This document shows positions 51,416 to 61,238 of a stretch of 64,000 bases of DNA, one piece after another. Position 1 is the stretch's first letter, and each line of letters starts with the position of its first letter. The notes under the pieces were generated by a model, which searched no databases, was not told the DNA's origin, and was given only the letters and a program-made list of their open reading frames with translations. Origin of the DNA: Actinomycetes bacterium (GTDB taxonomy: Bacteria; Actinomycetota; Actinomycetes; S36-B12); the NCBI GenBank assembly GCA_014190275.1, contig BJGE01000003.1:10258-74257 (forward strand), read 5' to 3'. Made by a program: the position numbers and the translations under genes.

Positions 51416-52627
51416 CTAGTTATCGACCCGGAGCCCGTATTTTTGGCCGTAGCCGGACTCCATTAGCTCTAAGAACGGCGCGGCGTCAAACGCCTCCGGC
51501 CCTAATACTCCGGTGCCCTGCCACGCCTTTGCCGCTAACAGTTCGAGGGCGATGACCGGATTCATGGCGGTTTGCCACACCACCGCCTGCACCCCGTACT
51601 CGCGCATCGACCAGTCATTGTCTAGCACGTGATAAAGGTAAACAGATTTTGACTCCCCCATTTTTCCAGTCCCCGTAACCCAAGTACCCGCGCAAGTACT
51701 GCCGGTCATTTTGTCGCCTAGGGTCGCCGGATCCGGTAAAGCAGCGGCAACCAAATCCCGCGGACTTACCATTACCCCTCGCACACTTACCGGCTTTGTG
51801 CTGTCGAGCCCGAGTTTATGCAAAGTCTTCAGCACCTCAATGAACTCATCGCCGAGACCATACTTGAAAGTTACCCGCTTGCACTTGATCCAACGAGGTA
51901 CCAGCAGGACCTCCTCGTGCTCAACGTTGACACACTCAACAGGTCCGATGCCTTCTGGAAATTCGAATACCTCAGGTTCACTGAACGGGGCGGTGGTGAA
52001 CCAGCCGCTGCCCGCCTCCCAGATCACCGGTGGATTAAGGCACTCCTCGATCGTGGTCCAGATTGAAAAAGACGGAGCGAAGTCGTAACCCGAAACCGTC
52101 AGATTCGCGCCATCACGGATGCCAATCTCGTCAATCTCGGTAAACAGGTGGTCAGCGGCATATCGCGCGAAAACATCCGAGAGCCCGGGCTCGACTCCCA
52201 TGCCGCACAAGGCCAATAGACCGGCCTCCTGCCACTGCGATTCCTTGGCAAATTGCTCATCACCGAGCATGACACCCACCTGCTCATGCGGCAGGGTCGG
52301 ATGCGGGCGCGAGAGGCTCATTGCGGTATCGAGATAATTGGCACCCGCCGCAAATGCTCCGTCGAAAATCGGCATCACGTACCGCGGGTCAATGACGTTC
52401 AGCACGTGGGTAATGCCATTAGCCTGACACAATTTGGTGATCTCATTGGTATTAGCAGCATCAATCTGGGCCGCAATAAAACGCGAATCACCGACTCGGT
52501 CCGCCAGCGCCCGTGCCCTGCTTAGGTCGTAATCAGCACACACCCAAAGCTCGAAGAAGTTGCGGCGCTTCGCGATCAGTGCTGCCGAGGTGCCGACGCC
52601 ACCAGAGCCAATCGCAAGCACCCGCAT
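51416..52627 (-). CDS. Saccharopine dehydrogenase family protein (carboxy(nor)spermidine dehydrogenase-like)
   Basis: The 403-aa ORF has the N-terminal Rossmann motif VLAIGSGGVGTS. Its length and layout resemble CASDH/saccharopine reductase enzymes. The ATG shares one base with the stop of the upstream ureohydrolase gene (TAATG). Confidence 0.78.
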   Translation of the reverse strand: MRVLAIGSGGVGTSAALIAKRRNFFELWVCADYDLSRARALADRVGDSRFIAAQIDAANTNEITKLCQANGITHVLNVIDPRYVMPIFDGAFAAGANYLDTAMSLSRPHPTLPHEQVGVMLGDEQFAKESQWQEAGLLALCGMGVEPGLSDVFARYAADHLFTEIDEIGIRDGANLTVSGYDFAPSFSIWTTIEECLNPPVIWEAGSGWFTTAPFSEPEVFEFPEGIGPVECVNVEHEEVLLVPRWIKCKRVTFKYGLGDEFIEVLKTLHKLGLDSTKPVSVRGVMVSPRDLVAAALPDPATLGDKMTGSTCAGTWVTGTGKMGESKSVYLYHVLDNDWSMREYGVQAVVWQTAMNPVIALELLAAKAWQGTGVLGPEAFDAAPFLELMESGYGQKYGLRVDN

Positions 52628-53655
52628 TACTGCTCCCCCGGGATGCGGTCAGCCAGCAATGGCTGCCGCGGATCCCATGTCGTGCCATCGCGATTGTCTT
52701 GGCGGCGCCGCGCGATTGCAGATACTGCCTCCAGGACCACGCGGTTGCCCAGCATCACCGTGACATCGGCATGGTCAAATGGTGGAGCAACCTCGACTAC
52801 GTCCATGCCGACCACGGGCAACTCGTAGCAGATGCGACGCACGGCATCAAGAAGTTCGCGCGCGGTAAGGCCACCTGGTTCGGGAGTGCCGGTGCCCGGT
52901 GCATGACCGGGGTCGCACACATCAATATCCACACTCAGGAACACGCCGTCGCATTCATCTAAGGCAATCTTGAATACTTCGGTTAAGACTTCGGGGAGAC
53001 CACGCTCCACGATCTCGGTCATCTCATAGGAGCGCATCCCTTGCTCGGCCATCCACCGCAAGGTTTCTGGCTCAGGCCAATAACCGCGCAGCCCAATCTG
53101 CAGGAAACGATCGCCACGGGCCGCCCCGGACTCGATCAGCCGGCGCATTGGTTGGCCGTGCCCGATTAGTGAACCGAAGCAGGTGTCGCCGGTGTCGGCG
53201 TGGGCATCGAAGTGGATAATCGCTACCTTGCCCCAACCCCGGGCGCGCGCCACCCCGGTGACATCAGGCCAGGTGATGGTGTGGTCACCACCCAAAATAA
53301 TGGGGATGGCGCCGGTTTTAGCGACCTGCTCAACCGCGGCCTCCAAGGACGCGCATGCCGTGGCAGCATCACCGCTATACATCTCCACGTCGCCTGCGTC
53401 GACCACTCGCAGATCCGCAAGGCCGTCGACCCGCATCGCCAATGACGGCCGGCTACCGTCATGCGGTAGGTAGCAGGTTGCTCGAATCGCCTGCGGGCCG
53501 AAGCGGGCACCGCTTCGAAAGGAGGTACCGCCATCAAATGGGGCGCCCAGAATCACGATATCGGCATCCGCATAGGAGCTTGCGACGTCTAGATCACAGC
53601 GATCCACGCCAAGAAAGGTGATATCCGGGCCAAATTGTGCTCCGTAGCGCGTCAT
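52627..53655 (-). CDS. Ureohydrolase family enzyme (agmatinase / guanidino-acid hydrolase)
   Basis: The Mn-binding motifs GGDHT, FDAHADT and SVDIDVCDP are present. Substrate specificity cannot be told from the sequence alone. Confidence 0.88.
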   Translation of the reverse strand: MTRYGAQFGPDITFLGVDRCDLDVASSYADADIVILGAPFDGGTSFRSGARFGPQAIRATCYLPHDGSRPSLAMRVDGLADLRVVDAGDVEMYSGDAATACASLEAAVEQVAKTGAIPIILGGDHTITWPDVTGVARARGWGKVAIIHFDAHADTGDTCFGSLIGHGQPMRRLIESGAARGDRFLQIGLRGYWPEPETLRWMAEQGMRSYEMTEIVERGLPEVLTEVFKIALDECDGVFLSVDIDVCDPGHAPGTGTPEPGGLTARELLDAVRRICYELPVVGMDVVEVAPPFDHADVTVMLGNRVVLEAVSAIARRRQDNRDGTTWDPRQPLLADRIPGEQ

Positions 53656-53697
53656 CCCCTGACCTTAATACTCAACCCATAGAAAAGTAGTCGCCAC

Positions 53698-55113
53698 CTA
53701 CGAATCAAACCCCAACCCGAACCGATCTAAGGTCCGCAGCCACAGATTGCGGTGCCCCGCATTTCGATCAGCCGATTTCAATGACCTAGTTGTCCAATCA
53801 ATACCGATGGTCCGCAGTGGCTCTGGCGGAAATGGCTTCGGCTTTTTTTTGACCATCAACAATTCGGTGCGCTCGGTTTTTCGCCCGTGCAACAGATCAA
53901 GCATCACCTGGGCGCCGAACCTAGATGAACCAACGCCTAACCCGGTGTATCCGGACACATAGACGGTCTTACCGCCGTGCACCTTGCCCCAGAAGGCACT
54001 AAAGCGCGAGCAGGTATCAATCGCACCGCCCCATGCGTGGGTGAACTCAAGCCCGGCCAGTTGCGGAAATGTTTGGAAGAAGTGCGCGGCCAACCGCTGG
54101 AACGAACCATTATCAACCTCGTGCTCCCTACCAAAACCGTTCCCGCTGTGATAAACCGCGTCATAACCGCCCCAAAGAATCCTGCCATCCTCGGTTATCC
54201 GGTAATAGTGGAATTGATTCGCACTATCGGACACACCTTCCCGGCCGTCCCACCGAACCAATGAAAGCTGCTCGTGACTTAGCGGCTCCGACATCAACAC
54301 GTAGTCATACACGGGCACCACGTAGTTGCTGATTCGGCGCAATAGCGGCGGATAGGCGTTGGTCGCCAATGCCACTCTGGCGGCAGCAACACTCCCCGAG
54401 CGCGTGAAGACGCTCACTGTTTCTGATTTGTCGTTAATTGTCGAGACCGGCGTCTGTTCGTAGATATCGACACCCATGTCAGCCGCAACCCTGGCCAATC
54501 CCCACGCCAACCTTGCCGGATTAAGCATCGCGGTCCCTGACCGATCGAATAATCCAGCAAGGTAGGTGGGCGAATTAACGCGACTTTTCAGGCTCTCCTC
54601 ATCTAGAAACTCATACGGCATACCGAGTGCAGTGCCCGCCTCGCAAAGCTCAATTAGATTCGCAACTTGATAGGGCTCGGTCGCAATCGCTAGGTCCCCG
54701 GATCGAATGAACTCGCAGTCGATCCCGTGGTCGCCAACGAATCGTTCAATCGCATCTAGGTTCTCGCTGCCAAGCCGAAGCAGGACCGGCATTTCACTGG
54801 GCCACCGGCTCATGCCATTTGCGAGTCCATGGGTTAAGGAGGCAGCACAGAACCCGCCATTGCGGCCCGATGCCCCACCGGCGAGCCGATCACCTTCTAG
54901 AAGGACCACCCGCCAGTCGGGATGCTGCTGTTTGGCTAGCACCGCCGTCCAAAGGCCACTAAAACCGCCGCCGACTATACAAAGGTCAGCGGTGACATGT
55001 TCCTCCAACGATGGCCGCGACCCGGGTCGACCCGGATCATCTAGCCAAAAAATCGCATTTCGAACGTTGCTTAGTGACTTGGTGGAGATATCGGTTGGCG
55101 TGTCATCAAACAC
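53698..55113 (-). CDS. FAD-dependent oxidoreductase (DAO family, gamma-glutamylputrescine-oxidase-like)
   Basis: The 471-aa ORF has the dinucleotide motif LCIVGGGFSGLW and SGRNGG, typical of PuuB/DAO-like amine oxidoreductases. Confidence 0.82.
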   Translation of the reverse strand: MFDDTPTDISTKSLSNVRNAIFWLDDPGRPGSRPSLEEHVTADLCIVGGGFSGLWTAVLAKQQHPDWRVVLLEGDRLAGGASGRNGGFCAASLTHGLANGMSRWPSEMPVLLRLGSENLDAIERFVGDHGIDCEFIRSGDLAIATEPYQVANLIELCEAGTALGMPYEFLDEESLKSRVNSPTYLAGLFDRSGTAMLNPARLAWGLARVAADMGVDIYEQTPVSTINDKSETVSVFTRSGSVAAARVALATNAYPPLLRRISNYVVPVYDYVLMSEPLSHEQLSLVRWDGREGVSDSANQFHYYRITEDGRILWGGYDAVYHSGNGFGREHEVDNGSFQRLAAHFFQTFPQLAGLEFTHAWGGAIDTCSRFSAFWGKVHGGKTVYVSGYTGLGVGSSRFGAQVMLDLLHGRKTERTELLMVKKKPKPFPPEPLRTIGIDWTTRSLKSADRNAGHRNLWLRTLDRFGLGFDS

Positions 55114-55247
55114 GGGATTGACCTTTCGGTAAAGAGACCACCGGAAACCGAGGTCGATACCTCGGGGATCCCACCAGTCCCTTCAACGAAATCGCGGCTG
55201 CTAACAGCCTTTGTCAACTTTGCCTAAAAGTTCGACCAAAATATATC

Positions 55248-56045
55248 TTACGCCGACAACAGCTTCCGCCGCCGCCGGTAATTCACCAATTGACTGCCGA
55301 GCACAATAAGCAGTGCCACCACGAAGACGAGCGTGGCCAGCGCGTTCACCTGTACCGGGATACCGCGCTGGGCTGCGCCCCAAATAAAGATCGGGAAAGT
55401 CACCAAGGTGCCCGCGTTGAAATAGCTGATTATGAAGTCATCAAATGAAAGTGAAAACCCAAGTAGTGCGGCACCGGCAATCCCCGGCGCGACGAGGGGC
55501 AAGGTTACGTACCGGAAAGTTGCCCGTGGATTGGCGTACAGATCTCGCGCCGCCTCCTCGAGTTTGGGATCAAGGCCCTGGAGTCTGGCCTTGACGGTGA
55601 CTACCACGAAGGAGATTATAAACATGATGTGCGCGATAACCACCGTCCACTGACCTAGTGGGAATCGCAAATTCAAAAAGAGGGCTAGCAAACTCGAACC
55701 CATAACTACTTCGGGTGTTGCCATTGGCAGGAAGATCAATAGGTTGGTAGTGCTCCGCCCGCGAAACCGGTAGCGGACGAGAGCGAAGGCGATCATGGTT
55801 CCGAGTGCCGTGGCGACGAGCGTAGAGATAATCCCAATCTGGATACTCGTGATAAATGATGAGCAGACACCGGGGACCCCGCAGAGGTTCGTCCACGCAT
55901 CCGTCGAAAACTGGGTCCAGCTGATATTGAACTTTCCGGAGGGCTTGTTGAAGCTCAGCACCGCAACAACTGCAATGGGAATGAACAGGTAGACCAAGAC
56001 GAGAATCGCGATTACGCCAAGGAGGTTACGGCGGATAAAGCGCAT
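55248..56045 (-). CDS. potC: Polyamine ABC transporter permease (PotC-like)
   Basis: The 265-aa membrane protein has the EAA loop region LEEAARDLYANPRATFRYVTLP. It overlaps potB by one base. Confidence 0.85.
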   Translation of the reverse strand: MRFIRRNLLGVIAILVLVYLFIPIAVVAVLSFNKPSGKFNISWTQFSTDAWTNLCGVPGVCSSFITSIQIGIISTLVATALGTMIAFALVRYRFRGRSTTNLLIFLPMATPEVVMGSSLLALFLNLRFPLGQWTVVIAHIMFIISFVVVTVKARLQGLDPKLEEAARDLYANPRATFRYVTLPLVAPGIAGAALLGFSLSFDDFIISYFNAGTLVTFPIFIWGAAQRGIPVQVNALATLVFVVALLIVLGSQLVNYRRRRKLLSA

Positions 56046-56935
56046 CAGAGAAGTTCCTCCGTCCCGGCTCTTCGGATATAGGTGAATACCAGCACCAAGA
56101 TCACGGCCATCAGCACAAAGGAGAGGGCGCTTGCCGTCGGATAGTCACGAAATTCAATGAAGTTGGTCTGGATAACGTTGCCGATCATGCGGTCCTTCGT
56201 AGAGCCCAATAGTTCGGCATTTATGTAATCACCAGCGGCCGGAATGAACGTCAGCAATGTCCCGGCGACCACCCCCGGGAGTGACAGCGGCCAGGTGACC
56301 TTTCGGAGAGTCGTAGCGGCCGACGAATAGAGGTCGCTGGAAGCTTCAATTAACCGTGGGTCAATCTTTTCGATGGCCGCGTACAGCGGCAAGATCATAA
56401 ACGGCAGAAAGTTATACGTCAGCCCTGCGACCACCGCGATGCCGGTGTTCAAAATTCGATCATCGGGCAGTAGGTGCAGCGCGTTGAAAAACGAGGTGAT
56501 CGGACCCTCATCAGCCAAGATGGTGCGCCAGGCATAGGTGCGCAGCAGGAATGACGCGAAGGATGGCGCGATAACCAACACCAATAGCAACGGCCGCCAC
56601 CTGCCCCCCTTCATCGCGATGAAATAGGCCAGCGGGTAAGCGATAACCAGCGCGAGCAGAGTGGCAATCCCTGCGTAGATAAAGGATCGAAGGAATTGTG
56701 GCCAATATTCGGCCATCGCGTTGGCGTAGTTACTGAGTTCAAAGCCGGCCTGATACTTGCCCAACTTGCCTGGCACCGGTTGCTGGAGGCTCGTCATGAA
56801 CAATGTGACAAACGGAATAGCGAAGAAAATCGCCAGCCAGGTCAGGCCCGGAAATAGCAGAATGTAGCCGGTTCGAGATCGACGCTGGGCGACCACGACC
56901 GGCTTCGCCGACTCCGCAACCAGTATTGGCGACAC
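56045..56935 (-). CDS. potB: Polyamine ABC transporter permease (PotB-like)
   Basis: The 296-aa membrane protein has the EAA loop LIEASSDLYSSAATTLRKVTWP. Confidence 0.85.
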   Translation of the reverse strand: MSPILVAESAKPVVVAQRRSRTGYILLFPGLTWLAIFFAIPFVTLFMTSLQQPVPGKLGKYQAGFELSNYANAMAEYWPQFLRSFIYAGIATLLALVIAYPLAYFIAMKGGRWRPLLLVLVIAPSFASFLLRTYAWRTILADEGPITSFFNALHLLPDDRILNTGIAVVAGLTYNFLPFMILPLYAAIEKIDPRLIEASSDLYSSAATTLRKVTWPLSLPGVVAGTLLTFIPAAGDYINAELLGSTKDRMIGNVIQTNFIEFRDYPTASALSFVLMAVILVLVFTYIRRAGTEELL

Positions 56936-56937
56936 CG

Positions 56938-58119
56938 CTACTCGCCGCGGGGCTCAAGTGCCAGGGCCGCCGCCTCGAGGTCCAATACCTCCGGTGCCAC
57001 TCCTGCATGGACGTCTTGCTTGCCGTCCAGCCCGAAGGTGTGCTCAGGTGCCCAATGCAGAAGTACTTCGTCGCCGACCGAACACCTGTCGCCCACGATG
57101 ACATTTTGCTCAAAAACAGTGAGTTCTTGCTCCCATGGCGTGCGCACCAGATACTGGGTTGAAACTCCGGCATAAGAAACGTCTGTCACCCGACCTAGGA
57201 TTTTGTTGTGCGAGGCAGGTGCCTTGTGTCCGTCCGGGGCATCAAGAACCGTCATTTTCTCAGGGCGCACGCCCACGATGATGCTGTCTCCAGCGGCCGT
57301 TGATCGCGCAGCGGGAACCGCATAGGTTTGCCCGTGCGCTGACACCAAGATGTCATCGCCGTTTCTTCCTTGTGCCGTACCGGTGATCAAATTGGATTGC
57401 CCGAGAAAATTCGCCACAAAGACCGTTTTAGGTAGTTCGTAAATTGTGGCTGGATTACCCATCTGCTCGATGCGCCCGGCGTTCATGATCGCGACGGTGT
57501 CGGCCATCGTCATGGCCTCTTCCTGGTCATGGGTAACGTGCACAAAAGTGGTTCCCACTTCGTTTTGAATTCGCTTGAGCTCAATTTGCATCTGACGCCG
57601 CAATTTCAAGTCCAAGGCGCCGAGGGGTTCATCCAGTAGCAAGACATCGGGCTCATTGATCAAAGCGCGAGCCACCGCCACCCGCTGCTGCTGGCCCCCG
57701 GATAACTGGGTTGGCTTACGCCTAGCCAGCGCCGATAGTTCTACGAGCTCAAGCATCTGGTTGACCGGGGTCTTAACATCTTTGACCCCGCGGCGGCGCA
57801 AGCCGAATGCGACGTTTTCAAAGATATCTAGATGCGGGAAAAGGGCGTACGACTGAAATACGGTGTTGACCGGCCGCTGGAAGGCCCGCAGGTTGGTAAT
57901 GTCTTTGGCGCCAATTCTTATCGTGCCAGCGGTTGGGTCCTCCAAGCCGGCGACCATGCGCAAGGTGGTGGTCTTACCGCATCCGGATGCCCCCAGGAGC
58001 GCGAAAAACGAGCCCGCGGGGATGGTCAAGGTGAGGTCATCAACCGCGGCAACGTCACCGAACTTTTTGGTGAGATTTAGCAGGTGGAGGTCCTCCACCC
58101 GTCGCAGGGCTCCAGCCAC
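56938..58119 (-). CDS. potA: Spermidine/putrescine-type ABC transporter ATPase
   Basis: Walker A GASGCGKTT, signature LSGGQQQR and Walker B LLLDEP are present, with a C-terminal TOBE-like regulatory domain. Confidence 0.92.
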   Translation of the reverse strand: MAGALRRVEDLHLLNLTKKFGDVAAVDDLTLTIPAGSFFALLGASGCGKTTTLRMVAGLEDPTAGTIRIGAKDITNLRAFQRPVNTVFQSYALFPHLDIFENVAFGLRRRGVKDVKTPVNQMLELVELSALARRKPTQLSGGQQQRVAVARALINEPDVLLLDEPLGALDLKLRRQMQIELKRIQNEVGTTFVHVTHDQEEAMTMADTVAIMNAGRIEQMGNPATIYELPKTVFVANFLGQSNLITGTAQGRNGDDILVSAHGQTYAVPAARSTAAGDSIIVGVRPEKMTVLDAPDGHKAPASHNKILGRVTDVSYAGVSTQYLVRTPWEQELTVFEQNVIVGDRCSVGDEVLLHWAPEHTFGLDGKQDVHAGVAPEVLDLEAAALALEPRGE

Positions 58120-58123
58120 TTTG

Positions 58124-59347
58124 CTAGTTGCCGATCGCGGTCTGGAACTCGCGCTCGTACTTATCGCCCTCTTCGGGAGTCAGCGCCTTGAATACATACG
58201 TGCGATCAAGGGTTGCCGCGGATGGGAAGATGAACTCACTGGCCGCTAGCGCCGGATCGATCTTCTCCATCTCAGCCTTGGCACCCTCAACAGGACAGAT
58301 GTAATTCACATATGCTGCTACTTCGGCCGCAACCTTGGGGTCGTAGTAGTAGTTCATGATCATCTCGGCGTTCTTCTTGTGCGCAGCGAGGGCCGGGATG
58401 AGCATATTGTCGGTCCAGAGCATGCCGCCCGACTCTGGGATCTCGAACCCGAAGTCTTCACCGAGGGCAAAGAGGTCACCGGACCAACCGATAACCGCGA
58501 TGACGTCACCGGACTCAAGTGAGGCGATGTAGTCGTTACCTGTTACCTGGCGAATCTGCCCGCTGTCAACCTGCTTGGTCAGCTCTTCAATTGCCTGGCT
58601 GAACTGATCATCGGTGAAGTCCGATGGCTTATTGCCCTGCCAAGCCATGATGCAGCCCATGGTGTCGCGCATCTCGGACAGCACCGTAATGCGGCCCTTG
58701 AGCTTTGGGTCAAAGAGTTGGTCCAAAGTGGTCAGCTTGTCGCTTCCAAGGGCATCTTTAAGAGCCGACTTGTTATAGCCGAGGCCGCCAAAGCCTGATT
58801 GCCATGGCAGTGAGAAGTCACGGGGCTTGTCGAATGCGACATCAGCCAGCCTCGGGATCAGGTTCTTGCCATTTGGGATCATGGCCTTATCAAGTTTTTG
58901 GGCGTAACCATTTTGGATCCAAAGCGCTGCCATCCAGTCGGTGAGAACCACCAGGTCGCGCCCGATGTCTTGGCCCTGCTCTAGTTGGGTACGCACCTTG
59001 GCGTAAAACTCGTTGTTGTCGTTCACGTCCTCGGTATAGGTGACCGCAATCCCGTTGGCATCTTGGAACGCCTTAAGGGTTGGGTACTCGCCGGTCTCGT
59101 CGTTAATATCCAAGTAAAGGTGCCAGTTCGACCAGTTAGCCGTCTTGTCGGTATCTGAAAGATCCGCGGCCGAAGCGGCCGATGGTGCACCCGATGCGGT
59201 GCCGGCATCACTGCCCGAGGCACCGCATGCGGTGGCCACCATCGCAACCCCACCAATACCCGCCGCCTGTAGCACCCTTCGACGCGACAAGGAGCCCAAA
59301 GTCAGATCGATTATTCCCGCAGCGGCCTCGGATACTTGGCTTGGCAT
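58124..59347 (-). CDS. potD: Polyamine-binding periplasmic lipoprotein (PotD/PotF-like)
   Basis: The Tat-like signal plus lipobox is SRRRVLQAAGIGGVAMVATAC. ATG 59347 is preceded by GAGAGGG. The track start at 59362 is a TTG that overlaps the upstream ALDH stop. Confidence 0.86.
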   Translation of the reverse strand: MPSQVSEAAAGIIDLTLGSLSRRRVLQAAGIGGVAMVATACGASGSDAGTASGAPSAASAADLSDTDKTANWSNWHLYLDINDETGEYPTLKAFQDANGIAVTYTEDVNDNNEFYAKVRTQLEQGQDIGRDLVVLTDWMAALWIQNGYAQKLDKAMIPNGKNLIPRLADVAFDKPRDFSLPWQSGFGGLGYNKSALKDALGSDKLTTLDQLFDPKLKGRITVLSEMRDTMGCIMAWQGNKPSDFTDDQFSQAIEELTKQVDSGQIRQVTGNDYIASLESGDVIAVIGWSGDLFALGEDFGFEIPESGGMLWTDNMLIPALAAHKKNAEMIMNYYYDPKVAAEVAAYVNYICPVEGAKAEMEKIDPALAASEFIFPSAATLDRTYVFKALTPEEGDKYEREFQTAIGN

Positions 59348-59358
59348 TGGATTCCCTC

Positions 59359-60882
59359 TCAATTGTTGACGGTGAAGATTGTCCGGTGCCAGGGTTTACG
59401 TGCGACACCGGTGATGTCCATCGAAACATGTTTTACCTGCGTGTACTCCTCAAATGAATAAGTCGACATATCCTTGCCGAAGCCGGACTGTTTGAAGCCA
59501 CCATGTGGCATTTCGCTGACAATTGGTATGTGATCGTTAATCCAGACGCACCCGGCTTTGATTTCCCGCGAGGCGCGCAGGGCCCGCAGCAGGCTGGTGG
59601 TCCAGGCCGAGGCCGCTAGGCCGAACGGGGTGTCATTGGCCAAGGCCAGACCTTCGTCATCGCTGTCAAAGGGCAACACCACCAAAACCGGCCCGAAAAT
59701 CTCACTCTGGACGATCTCGGACCGCTGCTCGGCCCCGATCACCAACGTCGGCAGATAATACGCCCCCGCCGCGAGTGGCCCTTGCGGAATCTGACCCCCC
59801 GTAACCACGCTGGCACCCGCGGCCCGGGCCCGATCCACGAAGCCGGCGACACTTACCTGCTGGCGTTTGGCCACCAATGGACCCATATCGGTGGCCGGGT
59901 CGGCCGGGTCGCCGACGACCACCTGGGTAAATAGGTCAGCGACCCCGGCAACAAATGCCTCAAAGTGCGGGCGCTGCACATAGGCCCGGGTCGCGGCGGT
60001 GCAATCCTGCCCGGCGTTGATCAAGGAGCCGGCTACGGCCCCGTGGATCGCGGCCGCTAGGTCTGCGTCGTCGAACACCACGAATGGCGCCTTGCCACCG
60101 AGTTCTAGGTGCACCCGCTTGACGGTTGCCGTCGCGAGCTCCATCACCCGCTGGCCAATTGGGGTGGAGCCGGTAAATGAGACCATCGAAACATCCGGGT
60201 GGCTAATGAGCGCCTCCCCGGCGATCGCCCCGGATCCAACCACCACATTCACCACCCCGGCTGGAATATCGACCGCGAGGCAATCTTCGGCAAGCATCAA
60301 AGAGGTTAAGGGCGTAATCGCGGCCGGCTTCAACACAATCGTGTTACCCGCGGCAATCGCCGGCAGGACCTTCCACATGGCCATTTGCAGCGGGTAGTTC
60401 CAGGGAGCGATTGAACCGACTACGCCAACGGCTTCGCGGCGAATATAAGACGTGTGGACTCCATCCCACTCGGTGGCCGCCTTGCCTTCTAGATTTCGTG
60501 CAGCGCCCGCGAAGAATGCAACATTGTCGATTGACCCCGGTACATCAAACTCACGGGTCAGCCGGATCGGCTTACCGCTCTGCACGCTTTCGGCCTGCGC
60601 GTACTCCTCGGCCCGGGTTTCGAGGCGGGCCGCCAGCCGTACCAATGCCGCACTTCTGGTGGCCGGTGGCGCGGTCGACCAGTTGGCAAAAGCCGCCTTG
60701 GCTGCCTGTACCGCACTATCAACGTCACCGGCACCGGCGAACTCCATGGTGGCCACCACCGAATCATCGGCGGGGTTAATCACCGTACCGATCTCCCCGC
60801 AGGTGCCGGGGCGACTAACACCACCTGCTACGACCGCGTTGGTAGCGATTTCCTTAGCCTGGTGAGCACTTGCCACTTTCAT
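59359..60882 (-). CDS. Aminoaldehyde (gamma-aminobutyraldehyde-type) dehydrogenase
   Basis: The ALDH motifs HLELGGKAP and AGQDCTAA are present. It is the first gene of the pot operon. The start may be ATG 60882 or GTG 60876, which is better spaced from the GGGGGG run. Confidence 0.88.
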   Translation of the reverse strand: MKVASAHQAKEIATNAVVAGGVSRPGTCGEIGTVINPADDSVVATMEFAGAGDVDSAVQAAKAAFANWSTAPPATRSAALVRLAARLETRAEEYAQAESVQSGKPIRLTREFDVPGSIDNVAFFAGAARNLEGKAATEWDGVHTSYIRREAVGVVGSIAPWNYPLQMAMWKVLPAIAAGNTIVLKPAAITPLTSLMLAEDCLAVDIPAGVVNVVVGSGAIAGEALISHPDVSMVSFTGSTPIGQRVMELATATVKRVHLELGGKAPFVVFDDADLAAAIHGAVAGSLINAGQDCTAATRAYVQRPHFEAFVAGVADLFTQVVVGDPADPATDMGPLVAKRQQVSVAGFVDRARAAGASVVTGGQIPQGPLAAGAYYLPTLVIGAEQRSEIVQSEIFGPVLVVLPFDSDDEGLALANDTPFGLAASAWTTSLLRALRASREIKAGCVWINDHIPIVSEMPHGGFKQSGFGKDMSTYSFEEYTQVKHVSMDITGVARKPWHRTIFTVNN

Positions 60883-61238
60883 CCCCCCTAAGTGTTGGCC
60901 CTGCCATAGCCGCGGTCGCCAATGCCGTGATTACCCGCTTCCACTGGTCCGCCACCAGAGGGACGAAAGTGCCAGCTGCCACCTTGAACCCCATGGAGCG
61001 CAAGGTTATTAAAGCAGCCCGCTCATCGGCAACCTTCACCCACGAATGTATGCCAGCATCGGCTCCGCTGGGCGCCCCTTTAAAACAATATTTCCGGATA
61101 CCCACTGATTTAGGTGACTCGGCCGTGTAACACAATACACCCATAAAACACACTAAGCGATATCTACGGTCTAACATCACACCCAAATTTGGTCTCCGGC
61201 ACCCCCGGGAAAGTAATTGAACATCTAGGAGGAACGAA

